64,000 nt of DNA from positions 1,116,001 through 1,180,000 of the forward strand of contig NC_043017.1 in assembly GCF_006345805.1 (NCBI RefSeq). The letters are read 5' to 3'. The notes under the pieces are model-generated. The model worked only from the letters and a program-made list of their open reading frames with translations, was not told where the DNA came from and did no database searches. Position 1 is the stretch's first letter. Every line of letters begins with the position of its first letter. A program made the translations under genes and the position numbers. The stretch comes from Octopus sinensis. Taxonomy: Eukaryota. This document shows positions 1 through 11,629 of this stretch, piece after piece.

Positions 1-373
1 TTTTGGTAGAATTGTTCTCACAATATGAAGACGTCAACGATTGAGAACAATAAAACAGGTATGGTAAGACAAATGATTTGGAAAGAGCCAATTTTCTGTT
101 GTTATTTATATATTGTTGGCGGCACCAAACACACGATTCCAAACCACCAAATGCTTGTGCTGCCGTATTTCGCAGACGTATATCCGTGCCCATATTTCCA
201 TCATTTTGTACAGAGCTTCCAAGGCTGTTGGGGTTGACACGTTAGTCGCCGTCGACGCAGCCATGCAACAAGTTGTACTGGATTACATTTTTTCCGGTGG
301 CACGAAGAGTGACCTAACGTAATTTTACCAGTAGCACTCAAGCGACCTGTTTGATATATATATATATATATAT

Positions 374-405
<32 letters not shown>

Positions 406-600
406 TTTTAAATTTAATTGTAATTAGAATTTACATTGTAGCCACGAAATTACGTAGTCTTTTCCCTCATTATATATTGTTTATTCATTTTTGTACTTTT
501 TGTGATCTAGTTATATATTTTTAAATATATTTCATTTTTTATTTATGATTTGGTTTATGTCTATCATTGTTTGAATTGCATAATAGTGTTTTTTTCTCTA

Positions 601-649
<49 letters not shown>

Positions 650-1269
650 TATATAATATATAAGCAGAGGAAGCACATATGTGACATGTACCCATCACAT
701 GCTTAGTTTTAAAAGATGATCTCTTCTCCGACCAATAAATATTAAGTTTTGTCTCAAAGAAGGCGTCTGTTTCGTTTTCCTTCTTGTTGATAGCAGAGAT
801 ACAATGGCTTGCGGTACTGTTGGTTCTAATATCAATGCTTCATTCCTGCGTCATAGATGGATACCAGTAATGAATGTTTGATACGTGAATACATCATTAA
901 TTTTACTATGTCTTACTTTGATGTACGAGCTTTACAATTTACATCAAAATTATTCGAAAACAACGTGATCTCGGCCTCTGGATATCATCCTATATTGAAC
1001 ATGCATCCATCAATTACTCTAACTTGTGTCTCAGACATAACCACATCAGAATATTCAAAAGATATATTTAAGATTATGCTGGAAACCATCTTATAAATTT
1101 TCGTTCTGTGAGTTTTATTAATGTCACCAGCCAAAAATTACGATTGGCGTTTACTTTTGTGTAATTATTTTTCTTTTCTTTTTTTTATTCGCTTCAAGAT
1201 TCCGATGCAATAAACTTATACATAACTCTGACAATCTTAATACGAAACTTTTGAATTGAACATATATAT

Positions 1270-1306
<37 letters not shown>

Positions 1307-1414
1307 TATTTATGTATATAGGTATGCATATATATGTTATATGTGTGTGTGTGATACCTATACGTATACACATGTAAGAAAACCGCATCGTTATTGATGC
1401 ATATGTATGTGTGC

Positions 1415-1456
<42 letters not shown>

Positions 1457-2039
1457 ATATGTATCATACAATGTATGCAATCACACAGGTAACATATGTA
1501 TATCCACCATTTATCTACATATGTGTAAATGCGTATGTATGCATGTGTATATGTACCTATGTGTGTTTCCATCACTATGTGTTAGTTTCAATTGCATTGT
1601 TTGTCGTTTGTCTACTGATTTTTTTTTGATTTTTCTTTTATTTTTCACTTCATTTACTAAGAAATAAAATACTTGGTAAAAGATCTAAAATATGCAAAAA
1701 AGAAAAAAGAAAAAAATAGCGGATCCTGTCAAAGTGTTACGATGTCGCTCATTAACCCAGGCAAATGTTGCCGTCAGCCATTTTGACAGGGAGAAAGTAT
1801 GTATCAGTCAGCTTGTTAAGAAAATTACTGCACGTTTCGTTTTTTTCAATGAAAATGGCCGAACTTACATTTAATGCTTCAATTACATACACACGTCAAT
1901 AGTTATGGCCTCTTACCTTCACTATCACTTTCCATTCTCCCTGTGTCACTCTTTCTATCCATCTCCCCCTTCTCTCTCTCTCACCTTCTGTGCTTTTTTC
2001 CGCCAAACAAGCAACCAAACACTATTTATGTCATTGTTT

Positions 2040-2104
2040 TATCATTATTATTATTATTATTATCATTATTATTATTATTATTATCATTATTATTATTATT
2101 ATTA

Positions 2105-2181
<77 letters not shown>
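2040..2181. repeat. (ATT/ATC)n trinucleotide microsatellite
   Basis: Direct reading; explains the poly-Y/I/L/N ORFs at 1874-2473. Confidence 0.97.
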
Positions 2182-2182
<1 letters not shown>

Positions 2183-2186
2183 GCCT

Positions 2187-2390
2187 GCGTGCTGGCAGAA
2201 TTATTAGCACGCCGGGCGAAATGCTTAGTGTTATTTCGTCTGCGACTACGTTCTGAGTTCAAATTCCGCCGAAGTCGACTTTGCCTTTCATCCTTTCGGG
2301 GTCGATTAAATAAGTACAAGTTACGCACTGGCGTCGATGTAATCGAATTAACCCCTTCCCCCAAACTGTCCTTGTGGCAAAAATTTGAAA
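2187..2390 (+). mobile_element. SINE family A (tRNA-derived), monomer
   Basis: A-box-like tggcagaa..ttagc, B-box-like gagttcaaattcc, body ctttgcctttcatcctttcggggtcgattaaataagtac; at least 10 similar copies in the window. Confidence 0.9.
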
Positions 2391-2420
2391 TCATCATCAT
2401 CATTATCATTATTGTTGTTG

Positions 2421-2467
<47 letters not shown>

Positions 2468-2469
2468 GA

Positions 2470-2585
2470 GTGACAGAGCAGTGCATGCCATCAAAGTGAC
2501 ACTGGGGTAAAAATATATGAAGCCCAGTATACCCATCATGATTACCCGTCTAATAAGTGTACACTAGGCACATGCATCACAACCA
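2470..2585 (+). repeat. Unclassified interspersed repeat fragment following (ATT)n
   Basis: gacagagcagtgcatgccatcaaagtgacactggggtaaa resembles an octopus interspersed repeat from recall only; single copy in the window. Confidence 0.3.
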
Positions 2586-3080
2586 TAATCCCATCAAAGT
2601 AAATCTCTTTTGGTTTCAAAGCGAAGAACTCTGAAATGTCCCCCAATAGATTCTGTAAACTACGATACAAATAGTTGTCTGAAGGAGCAAGGTCGGGGGA
2701 ATAAGGTGGATGAGGAATTTTTTCCCAACCAAGTTCTTCGATCGTCTGTGATGTGATCTTTGCAGTGTGGCGTCGCGCATTGTCCTGATGAAACATCCCT
2801 CCTTTTCGATTCACTAAAGCGTGTCTTTTTTCCTTCAAAGCTTGGTTTAAACGCTCTAATTGCTGATAGTAGACTTGAGAATTGATTGTTGTATCAGGTG
2901 GTAACAATTCAAAGTGAATTACTCGTTTGCAATCCCACCAGATAGAGAGAAGAACCTTTTTCTCATGAAGTTCCCTTCTTGCTTGTGGTTGAACTTTTTG
3001 CCTTTTACCAAATCACTGCTTACGACGTTTAACATTACGATAGAAGATCCATTATCCGTCCATACAAACATTTTTTTGGA
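2575..3080 (-). mobile_element. Tc1/mariner transposase pseudogene, catalytic (C-terminal) half
   Basis: Minus-strand translation WIFYRNVKRRKQ..ELHEKKVLLSIWWDCKRVIHFELLPPDTTINSQVYYQQL..FHQDNARRH..HPPYSPDLAPSDNYLYRSLQN; mariner DNA..H and YSPDLAPSD motifs; stops present. Confidence 0.95.
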
Positions 3081-3117
3081 ACAACAGTCTTTAATAACAA
3101 CCAAGATGAGGACAAAT

Positions 3118-3515
3118 GGTCGGGGGAATAAGGTGGATGAGGAATTTTTTCCCAACCAAGTTCTTCGATCGTCGTGATGTGATCTTTGCAGTGTGGCGTC
3201 GCGCATTGTCCTGATGAAACATCCCTCCTTTTCGATTCACTAAAGCGTGTCTTTTTTCCTTCAAAGCTTGGTTTAAACGCTCTAATTGCTGATAGTAGAC
3301 TTGAGAATTGATTGTTGGTATCAGGTGGAACAATTCAAAGTGAATTACTCGTTTGCAATCCCACCAGATAGAGAGAAGACCTTTTTTCTCATGAAGTTCC
3401 TTCTTGCTTGTGGTTGAACTTTTTGCCTTTTACCAAATCACTGCTTACGACGTTTAACATTACGATAGAAGATCCATTATCCGTCCATACAAACATTTTT
3501 TTTGGAACAACAGTC
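3118..3515 (-). mobile_element. Second, tandemly duplicated copy of the mariner fragment
   Basis: 3118-3543 repeats 2691-3117 almost base for base, with several 1-nt indels. Confidence 0.92.
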
Positions 3516-3517
3516 TT

Positions 3518-3590
3518 TAATAACAACCAAGATGAGGACAAATAACCGTCGAATGTAAATAATATAAATAATGTAAATACTGCGCATAAA
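3518..3590 (+). mobile_element. 3' tail fragment of the hammerhead-SINE (family D)
   Basis: ttaataacaaccaagatgaggacaaataaccgtcgaatgtaaataat matches the tail at 8092-8150; shorter duplicate at about 3090-3117. Confidence 0.75.
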
Positions 3591-4260
3591 ATTTCCGCTC
3601 CGTCCACCAAAGTCCGTTCACAGTGCATCAAGTACTTAAACCGGAGGCCAAGTTTGAAGAAACCCGCTCAACATACCTGACACATACACTTGCAACCCTG
3701 AACCACGCGCTTCGGTAACTTCTGAAAATGTTGCATAATTCTTTCTCCGTCTTTAATTATTTATTTATATTCTAATCAATTCTCTTTCTTCCTCGAGTTT
3801 GAGACTGAAATTTGACGCGATTAAAGATGTTCTGCTCGAGTTATTTTGATTTATGTCGTGTTTTTTTCTCTCTAAACTTTGTTCTGTCAATTTAAATAAA
3901 GTGACTGTCTAAATATAAACGCCGGATGATTATTTCACTAGAAACTGCCATCTATAATGATATCAAATCTTAAAAATTTCATAAATCTCAGCAAATAGAA
4001 GTTTAAAACTCACAGCTTTACAATTTCAATTATTAACTTGTCAAAAACCTGTTAAAAGTGCAATTTATATTCTTGTTGTTAAACAACAACAATAACATTA
4101 ATAATAACAACGATTTATACTTTGCCATAATTATTAAAGTGTAGGACAATAAAACTTGAAGAGTAGAATATATTTCTAGTGTCAGGCCATGCTCGTTCTG
4201 AGTTCAAACACAACCCAGGTCAGTTTTAATACTTAATAAATGCTATATAGGTCACACAGT

Positions 4261-4558
4261 GGAGGCACATGGCCTAGTGGTTAGAGCAGCGGACTCGCGG
4301 TCGAGGGATCACGGGTTCGAATCTCAGACCGCGCGATGTGTGTGTTTATGAGCGAAACACCTAAGCTCCACGCGGCTCCGGCAGCAGGTAATGGCGAGCT
4401 TCTGCTGACTCTTTCGCCACAACTTTCTCTCACTCTTTCCTCCTGCATCTTGCAGCTCACTTGCGACGGACCGGCGTCCCGTCCAGTTGTGGAGCCTATA
4501 CGCCAAGGAAACCAGGAAATCGGCCCTTATTAGCCAAGCGTGGCTCGAGAAGGAACAA
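4261..4558 (+). mobile_element. SINE family C (tRNA-derived)
   Basis: Head ggaggcacatggcctagtggttagagcagcggactcgcggtcgagggatcacgggttcgaatc with A and B boxes; body gacggaccggcgtcccgtccag; homologous to 22333, 22841 and 29472 copies. Confidence 0.9.
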
Positions 4559-5379
4559 ACAACATATAGGCCACACACAACAAACAGCATGGTAAGATTC
4601 TACAGTTATGAAATGTTTCAGCACAGACTCTTTGGCTCCGCCTTTTTGGCGATTCTGATTTGAGGGTGATTTAGTGAATATCAATCATTTTATCGTTTCT
4701 CACATTTTCACGTTTCTTTCGCATTTTCCCTTTCTCTGTGTATTTATGTGTACGAATATTTTTTGTTATCTATGCGAGATGAATGTCAATGTCTCGTATT
4801 TATCTCTTAGTCTCCCTATCTGCATATATATGTATGCATGTATGTATGTATCCGCGATATCCATTATGTCTGATATATATATATATATATATATATATCG
4901 GCGTGCACATGCGAGTGTGTGTGTATGAGTACGTGGTTGCGCGGCACGTGTGTGTTTCCTTCCGGAGCCAATATATACCATCACCAAAGCAGGCTCCGCA
5001 AAACTATCGTCCTCTAAACTGATTTCGCAATATCCTCCTTCCGTACATGTACAATATCGATTTGCGCCATTTTAATTCTCATTTTAATTTCAATATATTT
5101 CAATCACTTGATAACCGGAACAACATTTCATTGCTCTTGGAGTGTTTTGCTTTCTATGAATGTTTTTACATATCAATCATACTTTCTTATTCAACCAACC
5201 TATTATTATACACGTAATGAAGTTTTACCAAAGAACAGTGAATTTCCAATGTGAGTGTGTTGGGAAAACCTATACTTAAATCTGCGCTTCAGTCCGACAC
5301 GGAATGGCACGAATTACTTCGGTTTCCATGGCGTATAATTCAGCGAGACTACTACACGTTCCGTGGCAGGGCCACCGTT

Positions 5380-5556
5380 TCGTTGGGGGAACAACATCTC
5401 AGATATTGCTGGAACCATTTACAGCTGAGTAGATTGGAGTCACTTTAAATCCAGTGTTTTGCTCATGAGCACAATATACTACCCTGTCTGGAAATCGAAC
5501 CCACGTTCTTACGACAATGATTACAGTGCCCTTACTACTGGACCATGCACCTTCAC
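5380..5556 (-). mobile_element. tRNA-derived SINE, separate degenerate family
   Basis: Reverse complement gives tggtccagtagtaagggc...gggttcgatttcc (A/B boxes) followed by gtgctcatgagcaaaacac..ctactcagctgtaaatgg. Confidence 0.65.
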
Positions 5557-5884
5557 GATCTTTCAATGTGGTGTACACTTAATATTTGTAAAATACATTA
5601 TTCCTTATTTATGAGGCAGTTATATGTTGGCGCCGCTTTTCATGTTTGTATTACTGTTACGCTATTCATTACTTGTGATTTTGTTTCTTTTCTTGTTAGT
5701 GATATAATGAAGGAGAACCGCCTCTGTATAGTATCGTTATTTACTTTATAGATGTTATTTATTACTCAGATCAGAGAATCCAAACATATTATTAAAGGCT
5801 CTAAAATTTGTGATGTTTCCTAATTTCATTTTCAAAAGAATTTCGTGGTTAGCACTGAGTCTAAGGATACATTTTCGAAAGGAA

Positions 5885-6135
5885 AAGGGTGCCACATGTG
5901 GAATCCAATGTACGAAGGTGGCGGTTTTGTTGTCTTAATGTAAAAATGTCAGGTCTGACTTCGGTGAGTTCGAGTTGTTCATCGGCAAGACGTAAAATGT
6001 AACCAAACATGCGGAATCAGGATTCTGCTAGAATATCTTACAGTTGTTTCGAACTCGTTTTTCTCAGAATGTCCTCATTTGGGATCCGGGCCTGAAATTT
6101 TACTCTCGGGATCAATCTGAGGTAGTATTGTTGGA
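5885..6135 (-). mobile_element. RTE-clade LINE fragment (region C-terminal to RT)
   Basis: Minus frame AFQQYYLRLIPRVKFQARIPNEDILRKTSSKQL*DILAES*FRMFGYILRLADE resembles the RTE AFQ..CLRRILRI.W.DRI.NEEILRR...RW.GHILR pattern. Confidence 0.7.
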
Positions 6136-6159
6136 ATGCATATATACATATATACAATA

Positions 6160-6310
6160 GGCTTCTTTCAGTTTCCGTCTACCAAATCCACTCACAAGGC
6201 TCTGGTCGGTCCGAGATTATAGTAGAAGACACTTGCCCAAGGTGCCACGCGGTGAGACTGAACCCAGAACGCGTAAGCAAGCTACTTAACATACAGCCAC
6301 TCCTACGCCT
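6160..6310 (-). mobile_element. SINE family B (tRNA-derived, CORE-like ccttgggcaagtgtc motif), 5' part
   Basis: ttcagtttccgtctaccaaatccactcacaaggc...gacacttgcccaaggtgccacgc; about 15 copies in the window. Confidence 0.88.
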
Positions 6311-7194
6311 ATATATATATATATATATATATATACATTTATTCATATACACACAAACATATATATATATAAATAGGGTATATAAATATATATTTTTACA
6401 CACAGATACACACACATAGACACACGCATATATATATATATCATAAAATTTCGTCAGAACATATACACACTAAAAACACATACACTCGTAGTAACACACG
6501 CACTCAGCAACAATAAAGAGAAAGACTTCTACTTTTATTATTCTTTCTTATGACTGATCTATATTCATATACGCGGGTGTCTCTTTTCATATTTTGCTCT
6601 CCATATGTTTCCATATACTATAAACTGAAAAATTGAATGGCTTATGACATGTCCACCGACAATAAAGCAGTGCGTTCAACAATTTATGACAATTAATTAA
6701 TAGTAAGAAACCACTATCTTGATCGAATTATAACAGATAGTGAGATATGTATTGTCTATGCGAATAATTGGCTTAAGACTCTGTGAATATTGTCATATGC
6801 ATTTCTATTTCAAAAGCCAAACGAGATCAACACCTGGAGTAGTGGCGAAAAGTTTGATGCATTTTGTCTTTTAATTTAAATTTGTTATACCCAAGTACAA
6901 TTCGATTCAAATATATACGTTGTATATGTTTTATATACGTTGTATATATTTCGGCGTTTAATTTTAAAATTTCTATATTTCTGACCTATGTTCAAAACTT
7001 TTAGCGAAGTAATGATATAGTCCAAATAAAATATAACTTTGGGAAATTAATAAAAACAATTCTAATTTCAGTCGTGTGTTCCAAAATTTTGGCCATGACA
7101 GTAATAAGATTTCGGTGTGTATTTTATATAATACAATAGGTATAGTTCAATTTAAATTATGGTATTACGGGAAAAGCATCTCAGAACTTTTGTC

Positions 7195-7344
7195 AGCTTG
7201 CTTACCAACCATATGGTTCCGAATTCAGTCCCGCTGAGTGGCATCTTGGGCAAGTGTCTTCTACTATAGCTTCGGGCCGACCAAGGCTTTGTGAATGGAT
7301 TTGGTAGACAGAAACTGAAAGAAGCCCGTCGCATATATGTATAC

Positions 7345-7396
<52 letters not shown>

Positions 7397-7602
7397 CTTT
7401 GTGTGTCTGTGTTTGTTCTCCCACCCCAACATCGCTTGAGAACGGATGCTGATGTGCTTACATCCCCGTAACTTAGCGTCTCAACAACAGAGACCCATAG
7501 AATAAGTACTGGGCTTACAAAGAATAAGTACTGGAGTCGATTTACTCGACGAAAGCCGGTGCTCCAGCATGGCCGCAGTCAAATGACAGAAACAAGTAAA
7601 AG
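7195..7602 (+). mobile_element. SINE family B, near full length with internal (TA)n(TG)n
   Basis: Head ggttccgaattcagtccc, ttgggcaagtgtcttctactatagc, tail ggtgctccagcatggccgcagtcaaatgacagaaacaagtaaaag. Confidence 0.92.
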
Positions 7603-7604
7603 CA

Positions 7605-7771
7605 TACATAATTTACATTATTTATAATAGCCGGACATTTGTCCTCATCTTGTTTGTTGTTAACTCAACTTTTCGGCTGATATACCCTCCAGGTTTCATC
7701 AGGTGTCTTGGGGGAAATTTTGAACCTGGGCTCCCGTTCCTAAGTATTTTTTGATGTTACTGTTGTTGTTG

Positions 7772-7833
<62 letters not shown>

Positions 7834-7914
7834 GTTATTCAGGTCACTGCCTGGAATGGAACTCGGAATGTTGGAGTTAGTAGCCTCCGCTCTTAACCAC
7901 TATGCCATATGCCC
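7605..7914 (-). mobile_element. SINE family D: tRNA head + (AAT)n + hammerhead + tail
   Basis: Reverse complement reads gggcatatggcatagtggttaagagcgg...gagttccattcc - (aat)n - ccaggttcaaaatttcccccaagacacCTGATGA...cagccGAAAA - aacaacaaacaagatgaggac. Confidence 0.85.
7661..7710 (-). ncRNA. Type I hammerhead ribozyme motif, mutated copy in SINE D
   Basis: gacac-CTGATGA-a-acctg(gagggtatat)cagcc-GAAAA-GTT-gagtt; helix II and position 15.2 are mutated. Confidence 0.55.
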
Positions 7915-8177
7915 ATGAGCGTAGTGGTTAAAAGCGCGGGCTACTAACCCCAAGATTCCGAGTCCGATTCCAGACAGTGGCATGAATAATAAAAATGATA
8001 CCGAAAAATAACTTAGGTATGAGAAGCCAGGTTCAAAATTTCCCCAGGACCCCTGATGAAGGCTGGAGGGTATATGAGCCGAAACGTTGTATTAACAAGA
8101 AACAGGATTAGGACAAGTATCCGTCAATTGTAAATGAAGTAAATAATGTACATAATTCCTCATCTCTTAAATATAGA
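7915..8177 (+). mobile_element. SINE family D, head-to-head with the 7605-7914 copy
   Basis: gcgtagtggttaaaagcgcgggctactaaccccaagattccgagtccgattcc (tRNA-like), then HHR, then tail gtaaataatgtacataattcctcatctcttaaatatag. Confidence 0.88.
8046..8093 (+). ncRNA. Minimal type I hammerhead ribozyme motif in SINE D
   Basis: CTGATGA (8053-8059), extra A, helix II ggct/agcc, GAAAC (8081-8085), palindrome AACGTT, putative GUU site at 8086-8088; helix I diverged in this copy. Confidence 0.65.
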
Positions 8178-8664
8178 TATGAAAGCGTCGATAAAATTTT
8201 GCTGAAACACAATCCTGCGGTCTTATGTAATCCTGTATCGTGATTATGCAAAGCAACACAATTATGCATTCAGCAAAGATAATCTAAATGAAAATGAATC
8301 CATCTCACTGAAAATCTCTTCATCTCCTTCTCCGGTCGCCAGACGAAATAGCTTCAGAATTTCAATTATTAAGGTTACTTGAACATATTAGTAGTGAAAT
8401 TAGAAGAAAAAAATAAAAAATAAAAATAATAGCCATTTAGGGGCGTAAACGGCAGTTAAAACAATTTCATCTCGCAATGAAACAAGAAAAATGATTTTGA
8501 GTAGGAAAATGTTATACCTAACGAAGGCGGTTACACTTTGAACGAATAAACACACTGGCAGTATGTGTTGTGCGGATTTGAACTCATTACGAGAAATACT
8601 CTACATTTCACTACCTTTTATATATCCTCCCCAAATACACGCATGCACACACATATACATATGC

Positions 8665-8678
8665 GTATAACTACGTAC

Positions 8679-8709
<31 letters not shown>

Positions 8710-8861
8710 CGTACGTACATACATACGTACATACATACATACATACATACATACATTCATACATACGTACATACATATATACATACATCATACATACATA
8801 TATATTTGGTGTAATCTTATATTTTCCGTGCGTAAATATATACATACATATATACATATAC

Positions 8862-8910
<49 letters not shown>

Positions 8911-9009
8911 ATGTATATATATATATATATTTGTGTGTGTGTATGTATATATATATATATATGTATGTGTATATATATATATATATACATACCTATATAT
9001 GTATATATG

Positions 9010-9099
<90 letters not shown>

Positions 9100-9110
9100 T
9101 ACATATATAG
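8665..9110. repeat. (TACA)n plus (TA)n compound microsatellite
   Basis: Direct reading. Confidence 0.95.
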
Positions 9111-9519
9111 GTATGTTTCGATATATAAGTACACATGTCTATATCTGTCTGTGTGTTTGTATTTTCATCAAAGCTTTACATTTTTGTATATCAACAAAGT
9201 TTTATAATCTTTTTCCATTTTTTTGGGCCCCCTCGCCGCTTTGTCTTCCTATTTGGCATCTGTTGCTCTTTCTTCTCATTTGAATTTTAGATAATTGTAT
9301 TTTCTTGTTCGACAGTCTTGCAATAAATAAAACACAGAAACAACAAAAGCATCAACCACAACAACAATAACATTTTTTACATCGCAATAATTACAACAAA
9401 GACAGCCACATCTACACTAGAATTAATCATAAAGATTTTAATCATAACACCAAGGAGAAAGGAACTGATGTATTTACCAAAGCCATGAATAAATAAGAAA
9501 ATGTCACAACGTCGATGAC

Positions 9520-9531
9520 AAGGATGATAAC

Positions 9532-9566
<35 letters not shown>

Positions 9567-9868
9567 CTATGATGACGACGATGAAGATAATGAAGATGAT
9601 GATGATGGTGATGGTGATGATGATGATGGTGATGGTGATGTTGACGATGATGATGGTGATGATGATGATGATGATGACGACGACGATGATGACGAGGATG
9701 ATGACGCGGATTATGTTGACTATGATGATGGTGACGATAGGCCCAGTACTCGAAGTAAAGTCGAAATAATGACGATAATGATGATGATGTGAAAATAACA
9801 ATAATTGCAAATGTAGTAGTAGTAGTTATAGTAGTAGTAGTAGTAGTAGTGGTGGTTGTGGGGGTGGG

Positions 9869-9906
<38 letters not shown>

Positions 9907-9930
9907 AAGATGTAGTAGTAGTAACAACAA
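9520..9930. repeat. (GAT)n and (TAG)n compound trinucleotide microsatellite
   Basis: Direct reading; explains the poly-M/H/T ORFs. Confidence 0.95.
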
Positions 9931-10248
9931 CAAGAATATAAATGGTAGTGATGAACATATTTCTTTACAGAAAAAAAATAAAGAGAATAACTTGAAATAC
10001 TGACAAGTTTTCAGGGCGTGAGAAGATGTCGACAATTTTTATTCTATTCTTATACGAAAGTATGAAAAACAAAATGTAAAAGGACGGAGAGAAGCGACAA
10101 AGAAATGTGTGTAATCTTGGATTCTTGTTGTTGTGGATATTATGTTTTTTTACTTCTCGTTGTGATGTAATTATTTTGTTTACGACTGTTATTAAGAAAC
10201 GGGCATAAGTCAGATGAATTTTACACTTCATTTTTCCTTTTGATACCC

Positions 10249-10290
<42 letters not shown>

Positions 10291-11161
10291 ATGTGCGTGT
10301 GTATAGATATGTGTGTGTATGTATATATATATTATATTCTTCTTTCATCTTTATTTTATACATATATATATATTTTCCAAAGAAAATAGAAATTGTCGAA
10401 CGCAGGACGCCTCTGAATTCATCGTACAAAATCGGGTAAGAAAAGGCTAGCAACTTCTACATAGAATCGAGCCCTCGACACCTCTGTCAGTCTCTTCCCC
10501 CTCTCTCTGTATATATACCTATATCTATATATACCTCTATATATATGTATATACATACATACATATACCAGCACTACTTATATGAAAATCTTTCAGATAG
10601 GAATGCGTAGGTTTTATTCTGAGAAGAATAAGTTTACGTCACTTGAATTCACGCAACGACAAGTGTTTCATGTTGGATGTTAGAGATAGCGTGCAAACTT
10701 TTACTGCTCGCTTTATCCATATCCATTTCTTAGGTGCGTGATTGTACGTTATATTCTTCGCTTGAAAACTCCAGAGGAGGGAGCGTGTAGGTTGATCGAC
10801 GATTCTTGTTCCTTTGATAAAATTGGTAGCAAATGACATTGCAACAATGGGATGAATACCGAATACATGAACTTCAGACAATTTTGAATTACATCAAGTT
10901 ATCATCATCCAAATTGTATTAAGAACATATGGAACGGTGGTAAATATTTGAAATTTTTGAGTGATTGAAGATGCAGTGTATTCAGGTAAATTTCTTGGTT
11001 CTGTAGAAAGCCTTGTTTGCTTGGCACAGCGAGAAATACTGGGAAGAACCTTGATGTATGAGAGTGCGGGGTGTAGTCCGATATTTAGTATACTATTACC
11101 AGTAGAACGTCACTGAAATTTTGTCTGTATGGACATATTAATAATACTGGCTTCAGATTCT

Positions 11162-11365
11162 GGCACAATGCCAGCAATTTCGGGGGTGGGTGGGTTGTAA
11201 GTTGATTACATCGACCGCAATGCTCTACTGGTACTTATTTTATTGGCTCCGGAAAGAACGAAAGGCAAAGTCGTCTTCGGTGGAATTTGAACTCAAAACA
11301 ACGATGGATAAAATGCCACTAAACATTTTGCCCAGCATGCTAACGATTCTGCGAGCGCGTTGCCT
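11162..11365 (-). mobile_element. SINE family A
   Basis: ggcaaagtcgtcttcggtggaatttgaactc... is the reverse complement of the family A head and body. Confidence 0.85.
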
Positions 11366-11424
11366 TAAATATTGATGATGATAGTAATAACAATAATAAT
11401 AACAACAACAACAATAAGTGCTAT

Positions 11425-11540
11425 ATACTTGATGTTGCATGGCCTTTGACCCACGATTAGTCAAGAAGGAAGATGAAAAGATAGCTAGATACAACACTCT
11501 TAAGTACGAAATAACCCAGCTATGGAAAATGAAGAACAAT
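11425..11540 (+). mobile_element. R4/Dong-clade LINE, short restriction-like endonuclease fragment
   Basis: With one frameshift reads LDVAWP-DPRLVKKEDEKIARYNTLKYEITQLWKMK, matching the RLE D..P.D....KE.EK..KY..L..E...LW pattern. Confidence 0.65.
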
Positions 11541-11629
11541 CAGAAACGTATTATATAACTGAGAAGAACGAATAGCATGGCTGCGTAGACTACAGTTAAT
11601 AAGTCTGCTATGCATGCAAGACTTCAGTT

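Noticed and set aside
1-1130. Complex non-repetitive sequence at the window start as possible exons
   Set aside because: All six frames are interrupted by stops and I recognise no domain or consistent splice pattern.
2784-2800. CTGATGA followed by aac inside the mariner fragment (and its duplicate near 3210)
   Set aside because: It is the antisense of the transposase FHQD codons; there is no helix II or downstream GAAA core.
4261-4335. tRNA-like sequences at the heads of SINE families (also 7915-7975, 22841-22905)
   Set aside because: They are SINE promoters continuing into repeat bodies and lack complete acceptor stems, so they were not called as tRNA genes.
8206-8382. Short open frame ending ..ISLKISSSPSPVARRNSFRISIIKVT
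   Set aside because: Protein-like but under 60 codons, with weak splice sites and no recognisable homology; expected by chance in 64 kb.
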